From Minisyncoccota bacterium (GTDB lineage: Bacteria; Patescibacteriota; Minisyncoccia; Phycocordibacterales; UBA918), in assembly GCA_022841645.1 (NCBI GenBank), contig JALHRC010000001.1, positions 33,346-97,345 of the forward strand: 64,000 bases of DNA. Reading direction: 5' to 3'. Below the pieces are notes generated by a model that ran no database searches, was not told the DNA's origin, and saw nothing but the letters and a program-made list of their open reading frames with translations. This document shows, piece after piece, positions 7,310 through 15,088 of this stretch (position 1 is its first letter; every line of letters starts with the position of its first letter). A program made the translations under genes and the position numbers.

Positions 7310-7885
7310 ATGTTTAAACTTAAAAAAACAAAAACTGGCTTTACCTTGGTAGAGATGCTCGTGGTCATTGCTGTTATCGGAGTCCTGGCGGCTATTGTGT
7401 ATGCGTCATTCAGTAACTCGCGCGCGCAGGCGCGTGATCGGATCCGCATGGAGCACATGAAGCAATTGCAAGTGGCCCTGGAGCTGTACAAAGATAAGTA
7501 CGGGCGCTACCCGGCGCGTGGCTGTGTGTCAGACCAGGCAGTTGCGCCGTGGTGGTCGGGCAATGTGGTTTCTTCTGCGCAAGTAGCAGGGTGTCAAAAT
7601 TACATCGTTGGTCATGCCAATGGAATTAACTTCGTCCCAGATTTTATAGAAGAACTACCGACCGATCCACGACCGTCCACGCTCGCCGGAAGAGGTTTAC
7701 TGTATCGGACCGATGCAGTAGGGACAATGTACGCAATCATGTACAACTTGTCAGTTGAAAGCCTTTTGGTATACGACAAGACTCATCCATTTGCACGGGC
7801 GCAAAGTAGTCAGTGCGCTAGTACACCCCCTGAGGCGCGCACGTACTTTTTGTCATCGCCTAGCCGCACTGCAGCTTGTTGGTAG
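7310..7885 (+). CDS. Type IV pilin/pseudopilin-like protein
   Basis: MFKLKKTKTG^FTLVEMLVVIAVIGVLAAIV and ELYKDKYGRYPARGC. Confidence 0.75.
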   Translation: MFKLKKTKTGFTLVEMLVVIAVIGVLAAIVYASFSNSRAQARDRIRMEHMKQLQVALELYKDKYGRYPARGCVSDQAVAPWWSGNVVSSAQVAGCQNYIVGHANGINFVPDFIEELPTDPRPSTLAGRGLLYRTDAVGTMYAIMYNLSVESLLVYDKTHPFARAQSSQCASTPPEARTYFLSSPSRTAACW

Positions 7886-7890
7886 CCACT

Positions 7891-10149
7891 ATGTACCTCA
7901 AAGCTCTGACGATAAATGGTTTCAAGTCGTTTGCTAAAAAAGGCGAGCTCCAGTTTTCTGCACCGATTACTGGTATCGTTGGTCCAAACGGCTCGGGGAA
8001 GAGTAACGTCGCTGAATCATTTCGCTTTGTCCTTGGTGAGCAGTCGGTAAAGTCGATGCGCGGCCGGCGTGGTGAGGACTTGATTTGGGGCGGTAGCGAG
8101 AGTGTCTCGCGCGGCAACCGGGCTAGTGTGGAGGTGGTGTTGGATAATAGTAAGCGGCAATTCCCACTCGATTTTGATGAAATACGCATAGAGCGCGTAG
8201 TCCATCGTGACGGCCAAAACGACTACCTTTTAAATGGCTCGCCCGTGCGTCTTAAAGACGTTCAAGAGCTCTTGGCCTCGGCCAATATTGGCTCGACCGG
8301 TCACCACATCATTAGCCAGGGGGAAGCCGACCGCATCCTTTCAGCAAGCGTGCGCGAGCGTCGTGAGATGATTGAGGACGCCCTGGGGCTCAAGGTTTAC
8401 CAACTCAAAAAACAAGAAGCCGAGCGTAAACTCGACAAGACACGCGAGAATATTGCCCACGTGGAATCACTCCGGCGTGAAGCTGCACCACACCTACGTT
8501 ACCTCGAGAAGCAGGTACAGAAAATTGAAAAATCGCTCGAAGTACAAAAGGCGCTGCGCGCAGCCTACGTCGAGTATTTGCGTCGTGAAGATACGTATAT
8601 CGCGGTCCATTACGACCGTCTCACCGCACAGCGGCGCGAACCCGGTGCGGCACTCGAGGCAGTAAAAAAAGCGCTCGCGGAGGCCAAGGCAACTCTGCGT
8701 GAGGCAGAAGGGAGTGACAGCAAAAGCGCAGAGGTGGTAGCAGCCGAAGAGCGCTGGCGCGCAGCGTCAAAAGAGCGGCAGGGAGTGCTGCATGAACTAG
8801 GAAAACTGGAAGGACAGCTTTCGTACGTAGCGCGGCGGCTCGAGGAACGGGCGCGGCGAGTAGAGACCGGCGGCCCGGCGATTGCCCGCAGTGAGCTCGA
8901 GCGGGTGGTAGCAGCTATCGAAGCCCAAGTGACTGACGCGGTGGGCCGTGACGACTTGCCGGCACTGAAGCGCACCCTCACCGACGTGGTGCGCAAACTG
9001 CGTATTCTCCTGGAACGTGCACCGTCGGCTACTGATGATTTGGAGGCTCATGAGCGCGAACGTGGGGAGCTTGAGCGTAGCATCGCCGATTTACGCAACG
9101 GAATGGCCAAAGCCGAAGCCGCCGAAGCGGCCGCTGAAGCAGCCTATCAAACCGTGCGGCAAAACCTCGAAACGGAGGCTGCCGGTGCGCGCGAGGCCGA
9201 GCGTGAGGTGTTTCGGCTGGTGGGCGAACAACGTACACTCGAAGCCCAGGTCGAGCGCATCGACCGCGAGCTCGAAGGCCTCGCGCGCGATCGCGAGGAA
9301 TTTAAGCGGGAGCTCGAAGAAGGGGTGGCGCTCCTTGGCCGTGCCGTCATGCAGTACTATCAAGTGCCCCTTATGGTGGATGGTGGGGAAGTTTCGCCTG
9401 AGGCAATGGCAGCCGAAGATCGAAATATCCAGCGTACTCGCCGGCACGAGCTCGAAAAGCTCAAGATTCGCCTTGAGGAACTTGGTGTAGGTGCTACTGA
9501 CGACACGATGCGGGAGTGGCAGGAAGCCAAAGAGCGTGACGAATTTCTGGCGCGCGAACTGGCTGACCTCACTTCCTCGGTGGAAAAACTGTCGGCTCTT
9601 ATCACTGAGCTCTCCGCTGAACTCCACGAACAGTTTTTTGCTGGTATCGATAAAATCTCGGTCGAGTTTAATACCTTCTTTACCCTCATGTTTGGCGGTG
9701 GGGAAGCGTCGCTTACCCGCGTAGAGCCAAAAGTGCGGGCCAAAGCTGAAGATGAAGAGGAGCAGCTAGCGGATGACGAGCCCGACGAGAACGATGTTGG
9801 AATCGAGCTCAATGTAAAGCTTCCTAATAAGCGGGTGAAGGGCCTCGAGATGCTCTCGGGCGGTGAGCGGGCGCTCACCTCCATTGCACTTATTTTTGCG
9901 ATGAGCCAGGTCAACCCGCCACCCTTTATTATTCTCGACGAAACCGACGCTGCCCTCGATGAAGCCAATAGTCGCCGCTACGGCGACCTCATTGAGGCCT
10001 TGGCGAAAAAGAGTCAACTCATTCTCATTACCCACAACCGCGAGACGATGAGTCGCGCCAGTATTCTCTATGGCATCACGATGGGGAGCGACGGCGTCTC
10101 AAAACTCCTCTCGGTGCGGCTTGAAGAAGCGCTGGCGGTAGCGAAGTAA
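7891..10149 (+). CDS. smc: SMC-family chromosome segregation ATPase, unusually short (~750 aa) with no obvious hinge
   Basis: N-terminus MYLKALTINGFKSFAKKGELQFSAPITGIVGPNGSGKSN (Walker A). C-terminus has LSGGERALTSIALIFAMSQ (ABC signature) and FIILDETDAALD (Walker B). The middle is long Glu/Arg/Ala-rich coiled-coil. Confidence 0.7.
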   Translation: MYLKALTINGFKSFAKKGELQFSAPITGIVGPNGSGKSNVAESFRFVLGEQSVKSMRGRRGEDLIWGGSESVSRGNRASVEVVLDNSKRQFPLDFDEIRIERVVHRDGQNDYLLNGSPVRLKDVQELLASANIGSTGHHIISQGEADRILSASVRERREMIEDALGLKVYQLKKQEAERKLDKTRENIAHVESLRREAAPHLRYLEKQVQKIEKSLEVQKALRAAYVEYLRREDTYIAVHYDRLTAQRREPGAALEAVKKALAEAKATLREAEGSDSKSAEVVAAEERWRAASKERQGVLHELGKLEGQLSYVARRLEERARRVETGGPAIARSELERVVAAIEAQVTDAVGRDDLPALKRTLTDVVRKLRILLERAPSATDDLEAHERERGELERSIADLRNGMAKAEAAEAAAEAAYQTVRQNLETEAAGAREAEREVFRLVGEQRTLEAQVERIDRELEGLARDREEFKRELEEGVALLGRAVMQYYQVPLMVDGGEVSPEAMAAEDRNIQRTRRHELEKLKIRLEELGVGATDDTMREWQEAKERDEFLARELADLTSSVEKLSALITELSAELHEQFFAGIDKISVEFNTFFTLMFGGGEASLTRVEPKVRAKAEDEEEQLADDEPDENDVGIELNVKLPNKRVKGLEMLSGGERALTSIALIFAMSQVNPPPFIILDETDAALDEANSRRYGDLIEALAKKSQLILITHNRETMSRASILYGITMGSDGVSKLLSVRLEEALAVAK

Positions 10150-10157
10150 ACGCTTTG

Positions 10158-10296
10158 TAAAATCCCCCACAGACATTTTTGAACACGCATCGCCTGGTCC
10201 AGTACCGGTCGTGCTCCCGCTCGAGCAAAAACTTTCTACCGAAAGACCAGGCTTTTTGCTCTGCGCGAGTTTCAAAAATGTCTGTGGGGGATTTTA
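10158..10296. repeat. Nested inverted-repeat element (26-bp perfect terminal inverted repeats around ~85 nt with internal hairpins)
   Basis: taaaatcccccacagacatttttgaa ... ttcaaaaatgtctgtgggggatttta are exact reverse complements. The interior contains gagcaaaaa/tttttgctc and ggtc/gacc pairings and the core gctcccgctc. Confidence 0.6.
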
Positions 10297-10365
10297 AAAT
10301 AAAAACGCATAACTATTTCATAATAGACTCAAGTACCTTCATGTTGTGATGAGGGCCTTGCGCAG

Positions 10366-10417
10366 ATACACCGAAAATCACCGCGATCCTAGGATCGCGG
10401 TGATTTTCGGTGTATCG
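10366..10417. repeat. 52-nt perfect palindrome (hairpin) between convergent smc and rnr
   Basis: gatacaccgaaaatcaccgcgatccta|ggatcgcggtgattttcggtgtatc, exact. It could serve as a bidirectional terminator. Confidence 0.6.
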
Positions 10418-10493
10418 AGCAGAGGGGCATGGTTCTCCATCAAGAGAACCGTGAACACGTGCCCGAGGCGCGACGTGAAGGTGCCTAAGTAGG

Positions 10494-12434
10494 TTACGCC
10501 ACTAATTCAAAATCAAGTTGTCGCTCATCCTTGAGTACCTTCACTAATTTGATTTTTATCTCATCACCAAGGCGATAAATCTTGCCGGTCTTTTGTCCCT
10601 TCACACGGTAGTTCTTGGGGTCGTGCTCGTAGTAGTCGCCCTTGATGGCAGCCAGGCGCACCATTCCTTCAGTCAGCGAAGCCTTGTCTTGTACGTACAC
10701 ACCCCAGTCGCTCACGCCGGTAATGACGCCATCAAACGTGTGGCCAATGCGATTTTGCATGTACTCGACCTGTTTGAATTTAATCGAGTCGCGTTCAGCA
10801 GAGACAGCCTCCGCTTCGCGTTGTGACGATTGAATAGCAAGTTTCTCATAGTGGGCGAGCTCACCACCCTTGATGCCCGAATGGTCGAGATGGCGGCGCA
10901 AAAGACGGTGGGCCATGAGGTCGGGGTAGCGACGAATCGGGGAAGTAAAGTGTGTGTAGTACTTAAAGGCGAGACCAAAGTGGCCGATATTGCGCGTCGA
11001 GTAGACTGCCTTCGCCATGCTGCGGATGGTGGCGGTTTTGATGAGGTTTGCTTCGGGCTTGCCTTCCACTTCAGCGAGGAGCTTATTAACATTCTTCGCC
11101 GTGACGACCCCTTTGTGAGTTTCGAACTCATAGCCCAGGGCATTGAGAAACAGCGAGAGCCCTTCGATTTTGTCGGGGTTGGGTGTGTCGTGGATGCGGT
11201 AGATAAAGGCGAGGTCACGCCCGCTGTCTTTGGCAAGGTCGTAGATGTAGGTGGCCACCTCACGGTTGGCGAGCAGCATGAAATCCTCGATCATCATCAT
11301 GGTCTCGGTGCGGACTTTGGTATAGACGCGAATGGGGGCGCCGCGCTCGTCGAGCTCAAATTTCACCTCGGGCTGTTCAAAAGCAATCGCGCCCTCGCGG
11401 TAGCGTTCTTTGCGTAAAAGGCGTCCTTGGGTCATGAGCGTCGTGAGCTCACCATGAAAAGGTCCCTCACCACGGTCGAGGACTTCCTGCGCTTCTTCAT
11501 AGCTAAAACGTTTGTTGGAGTGGATGACGGTCTGTCCGTACCAGGCGTTCACAATATCTGCGCTGGGAGTGAGTTCAAAGATGGCTGAGAAGGCGAGGCG
11601 ATCTTCGTTTGGTCGTAGAGAACAGAGGTCATTACTGAGCACTTCGGGAAGCATTGGAATGACGCGGTCTACTAAATAGACCGAGGTGCCGCGCTCCTGT
11701 GCTTCTTTATCAATCGGCTCGCCGTCGCGCACGTAGTGGGAGACGTCGGCGATATGAATACCGACCTCGATGTTGCCCGAAGGGAGGGTGCGGACCGATA
11801 AGGCGTCGTCAAAGTCTTTTGCGTCCGCGGGGTCGATGGTCATAGTGGTGACGTCGCGCAGATCGCGGCGCTGTGGATCGGCGAGCGCTTCACGGAAAAT
11901 TTCGTCGCGGCGCGCGTGGATATCTTCGGCTGCTTTGGCTACTTCTGCCGGAAAGTCGACGGCAAACCCGCCACCGCGAATGATGGCGCGCATTTCTGTC
12001 TCATGATCACCTGAGCGTCCCAAGATCTCAATGATAGAGGCTTTGGGTTCTTGCTTGGGGTCAGTCCAGTCGGTGAGTGTGATTACGACCTTCATGCCTG
12101 TCTCTCCGGCGGCTTCAGCGGGGAGGGTAGGGCGGACATGGATACGGTGATTATCGGGCTGGAGATAGAGGCTCGTGCGATCACCGGGAGTGCGCTCTTT
12201 CACAATACCGATAAGCTCACGGTGGACGCGCTCGAGCACTTTTACCACTGTCCCCTCTGCCCGCTGCCCAGCCTGTGGCGGGGTATAGGTTACTTCGACA
12301 ATATCGCCATCGAGCGCGAGGCCCAGGCGGTCGCGTTCAATAACAATATCTTGGGTAAGATCAGGGTGGGCGAGGAAGCCGGTGCCCTTGCCGCGGATCA
12401 TGATGGGTCCAGCGACGGTATGTAGCGTAGTCAC
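10494..12434 (-). CDS. rnr: Ribonuclease R / RNase II-family 3'-5' exoribonuclease
   Basis: 646 aa with a central RNB catalytic domain and a C-terminal S1 domain (...GVITGVSDWGVYVQ...). Confidence 0.8.
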   Translation of the reverse strand: MTTLHTVAGPIMIRGKGTGFLAHPDLTQDIVIERDRLGLALDGDIVEVTYTPPQAGQRAEGTVVKVLERVHRELIGIVKERTPGDRTSLYLQPDNHRIHVRPTLPAEAAGETGMKVVITLTDWTDPKQEPKASIIEILGRSGDHETEMRAIIRGGGFAVDFPAEVAKAAEDIHARRDEIFREALADPQRRDLRDVTTMTIDPADAKDFDDALSVRTLPSGNIEVGIHIADVSHYVRDGEPIDKEAQERGTSVYLVDRVIPMLPEVLSNDLCSLRPNEDRLAFSAIFELTPSADIVNAWYGQTVIHSNKRFSYEEAQEVLDRGEGPFHGELTTLMTQGRLLRKERYREGAIAFEQPEVKFELDERGAPIRVYTKVRTETMMMIEDFMLLANREVATYIYDLAKDSGRDLAFIYRIHDTPNPDKIEGLSLFLNALGYEFETHKGVVTAKNVNKLLAEVEGKPEANLIKTATIRSMAKAVYSTRNIGHFGLAFKYYTHFTSPIRRYPDLMAHRLLRRHLDHSGIKGGELAHYEKLAIQSSQREAEAVSAERDSIKFKQVEYMQNRIGHTFDGVITGVSDWGVYVQDKASLTEGMVRLAAIKGDYYEHDPKNYRVKGQKTGKIYRLGDEIKIKLVKVLKDERQLDFELVA

Positions 12435-12621
12435 GCGGCGCAGTATACCACTTGCGCGCGTTTTTTCTAGTGCTATAGTGTAAGCGTTGGCCTGCTTCTC
12501 TCAAGCAAGCCATCAACCGCACCCCCCGGTGCGGTGCCCCAAACTGCCCAGTTCCGCAAGGGACTGGGCCTTTTTATTTCGTTTGACTACTTCGACCCTT
12601 TCTGGTAGTCTAGCGCCACTT

Positions 12622-12924
12622 ATGTTAATGATGCGTCTAAAGCGTGTAGGCCGCAAAAACGATCCGTCGTATCGTATTATTGTGGTCGACAAACGCGAGA
12701 GTGTTAAAAGCAATAATTTCGTTGCCCAGCTTGGTACCTACAACCCCAAGTCGGGAGAGATTTTGGTCGACGCTGAAGCCGCTAAACACTGGCTTTCCAA
12801 GGGTGTGCAGGCTTCAGGGACTGTCCACAACATGCTGGTCACCAAAAAGGTGATCGACGCCAAAAAGATCAACGTTTTGCCTAAAAAGACGGCTCCAAAG
12901 AAGGAAGAAGCGGTCGCTGCCTAG
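12622..12924 (+). CDS. rpsP: 30S ribosomal protein S16
   Basis: MLMMRLKRVGRKNDPSYRIIVVD matches the S16 N-terminus. A TTGACT-17-TAGTCT promoter-like pair sits just upstream (~12583-12611). Confidence 0.8.
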   Translation: MLMMRLKRVGRKNDPSYRIIVVDKRESVKSNNFVAQLGTYNPKSGEILVDAEAAKHWLSKGVQASGTVHNMLVTKKVIDAKKINVLPKKTAPKKEEAVAA

Positions 12925-13059
12925 TCTCTCTCTTGCTAGAGTAGAGTAATTACCAGCGCCACGTTGACGTGCTGGCCCTTTCTCTCGTATCATGGGGAGA
13001 GCTCGCTCCCTGTTAGTTTCGGTGGCGGACGCTTACCAGTAACGATAAGACTAAGCGGT

Positions 13060-13413
13060 ATGGATCAACACGAAGACAAACAATTTTTGGAATATCTTGT
13101 AAAGGCGCTGGTTGATAATCCTGAAGCTGTCCGGATTAACCGCACGGTAGACGAAATGGGCGTCCTCCTTACCCTCGACGTGCATGCTGACGACATGGGA
13201 AAGATTATTGGCCGCTCGGGCAATACTGCCAAGGCCATCCGTACGCTCCTGCGCGTCGTCGGTATGAAGCATGATGCGCGTGTTAACCTCAAAATCAACG
13301 AGCCAGTCGGCGGAAAGGGTATGAGCCGCGATATGGCGGAGGCGATGCAGGAAGATAACCCGGTTGCTACTACCAAAACATTGGATGAAGCGATCGATGA
13401 TTTGAAGATTTAG
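13060..13413 (+). CDS. KH-domain RNA-binding protein (YlqC-like) of the rpsP operon
   Basis: GKIIGRSGNTAKAIRTLLRVV is a KH-domain GXXG loop. The position between rpsP and trmD is typical. Confidence 0.7.
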   Translation: MDQHEDKQFLEYLVKALVDNPEAVRINRTVDEMGVLLTLDVHADDMGKIIGRSGNTAKAIRTLLRVVGMKHDARVNLKINEPVGGKGMSRDMAEAMQEDNPVATTKTLDEAIDDLKI

Positions 13414-13527
13414 CAGAAACAAGGAAGGGGGCCGAAGGCTGATTATGTTTTGCTGACGCAGGCGCTTCGCTACTTTTGAGCTTCAAAGAGAAAAAAGTAG
13501 CGGCGGCGAGCTGCCAAACTGAAGAAC

Positions 13528-13566
13528 GAAAGCACCGCCCCAAAGGGGCGGTGCTTTCGTCTGTTT
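13528..13566 (+). terminator. Rho-independent terminator after the KH gene
   Basis: gaaagcaccgcccc-aaa-ggggcggtgctttc followed by gtctgtttgt. Confidence 0.6.
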
Positions 13567-13570
13567 GTAG

Positions 13571-13576
13571 TATAAT
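13571..13576 (+). promoter_or_regulatory. -10 TATAAT placed 7 nt before the antitoxin ATG (leaderless transcript likely)
   Basis: gtagTATAATagaggcATG. Confidence 0.4.
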
Positions 13577-13582
13577 AGAGGC

Positions 13583-13783
13583 ATGAACAAACTTGACCTT
13601 GCGATAAACGAAGTTAAGCGACTCCCAACAGCAGATCAAGAAATAATTGCTGAACTCCTTGTGCGGGTAGCTACCCCCAATGCACCGTATGTGCTAAGTG
13701 ATGAAGAAGTTACAGAAGTTGAGCGACGATTAGCTACTGACAAGGAAAGGGTAGCGATGGCTGAGGCTTTTAAAGATCTCTAA
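13583..13783 (+). CDS. Type II antitoxin (ParD/RHH-like addiction-module antidote)
   Basis: 66 aa (MNKLDLAINEVKRLPTADQEIIAELLVRV...), a small acidic protein directly upstream of a RelE/ParE-like gene. Confidence 0.5.
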   Translation: MNKLDLAINEVKRLPTADQEIIAELLVRVATPNAPYVLSDEEVTEVERRLATDKERVAMAEAFKDL

Positions 13784-13795
13784 ATTATCGAGCGT

Positions 13796-14074
13796 ATGCG
13801 CGCTGTACGTTTTAATCAAACTGCAGTTCGTGACTTGCAAAAAATTGCCCGCTACTCTGAGGGGGAGTGGGGGAGTGTACAAAAAGAGCGCACGCTTGAT
13901 CGAATTGCGCGGGCCTGTGAAATGCTCATTGCTTTTCCGCATCTGGGTATAGAATCACGAGTGAAGGGGGTCTACCAAAGAGTAGTGCCAAAGCTGCCGT
14001 TTATTTTGCTTTATCAAATTACCGAAACTGACATCCTTATTGTGCAAATTCTCCACATGCGGCAAGATAGCTAA
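13796..14074 (+). CDS. Type II toxin, RelE/ParE family
   Basis: 92 aa. The ...RVVPKLPFILLYQITETDILIVQILHMRQD pattern (..Y.I....I.I.RI.H.RQD) is typical of the ParE/RelE C-terminus. Paired with the upstream antitoxin. Confidence 0.6.
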   Translation: MRAVRFNQTAVRDLQKIARYSEGEWGSVQKERTLDRIARACEMLIAFPHLGIESRVKGVYQRVVPKLPFILLYQITETDILIVQILHMRQDS

Positions 14075-14078
14075 CACT

Positions 14079-14798
14079 ATGCATTTCCACGTCATCACCC
14101 TGTTTCCAGAAGCCTGCAAAGCGTACACCGACGCGAGTGTATTGGGGCGGGCGCAGAAAACTGACAAAGGGAAGGGGGCCAAGGTTCGCGGCAAAAAGAT
14201 AACGGTCTCCTACTACAACCCCCGTGATTTTGCGACGGACAAGCATCGCAAAACCGACGACCGCCCCTATGGCGGGGGCCCTGGTATGGTGATGTTAGTC
14301 GAGCCCATCGTGCGCGCCTGGGAAAAAGCGGTGGGGAAGAAGACAGCCGCCCTAAAGGCCGGCAAGGTAAAAACATTTATCACCTCACCGCGCGGCCGAA
14401 CGTTTGCTCAGGAGCATGCTCAGGAGCTGGCTAAGGAGGCAGAGCATGTAGTCCTTATTGCCGGTCGTTATGAAGGCATCGATGCGCGGGTGAAGGAGAT
14501 TTTAGGTGCCGAGGAAGTGAGTGTGGGTGATTACATTCTGACCGGTGGGGAACTACCTGCCCTCACTATAGTGGATGCTATCTCGCGGCACATCCCCGGG
14601 GTCCTTGGCACCCACGATTCACTCGAGGACGACCGCGCAACCGAGGGAGTTACGTACACTCGGCCTCCGACATATACCCACAAAAAGCGGCAATTTGCGG
14701 TCCCACCTGTCCTTCTGGAGGGAGATCATAAGAAAATAGAGGCCTGGCGACAGGGCTTTCCTCATGGTCAAAATACCCCAAAATCTAAAAAACCGTAG
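14079..14798 (+). CDS. trmD: tRNA (guanine37-N1)-methyltransferase
   Basis: MHFHVITLFPEA..., DDRPYGGGPGMVM, GRYEGIDARV and GDYILTGGELPALTIVDAISRHIPGVLG align to E. coli TrmD. Confidence 0.85.
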   Translation: MHFHVITLFPEACKAYTDASVLGRAQKTDKGKGAKVRGKKITVSYYNPRDFATDKHRKTDDRPYGGGPGMVMLVEPIVRAWEKAVGKKTAALKAGKVKTFITSPRGRTFAQEHAQELAKEAEHVVLIAGRYEGIDARVKEILGAEEVSVGDYILTGGELPALTIVDAISRHIPGVLGTHDSLEDDRATEGVTYTRPPTYTHKKRQFAVPPVLLEGDHKKIEAWRQGFPHGQNTPKSKKP

Positions 14799-14824
14799 TT
14801 TTCCCCAGACAAACCCTTGCCAAC

Positions 14825-14853
14825 TTGCGGCTTTTTACCTCGCGTGCTAGAAT
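14825..14853 (+). promoter_or_regulatory. Sigma70-like promoter for rpoBC (TTGCGG-17-TAGAAT)
   Basis: Hexamers at 14825-14830 and 14848-14853 with 17-nt spacing. An 11-bp perfect hairpin lies in the leader (14967..14992). Confidence 0.4.
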
Positions 14854-15088
14854 CCTGCCACCAACGCGAAGGTCTCGAATGTGTCACGGGTGGAGATTTT
14901 TGAGCGGCGAGTAATGGTAGTTACGTTGTGTTACTTTCGTCTACATACTAAACCCGCATGAAGTTACAAGAACACGTCCACACGTGTTCTTGTTGCGTGT
15001 TAGTGATAGATGAAGCTCATACGTGAGGTTCTGGGGGAGGCATTTACTAACGCAGCGAGACAATTTTTTTAATCGATACATATTACGT

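Noticed and set aside
10830-11417. 195-aa plus-strand ORF inside rnr
   Set aside because: Antisense to the RNB domain of RNase R; shadow ORF.
12540-12590. Small RNA gene (SRP/4.5S-like) in the rnr-rpsP spacer, because of two hairpins followed by a T-run
   Set aside because: No SRP domain IV consensus could be found. The hairpin + T-run is more simply a terminator/insulator ahead of the rpsP promoter.
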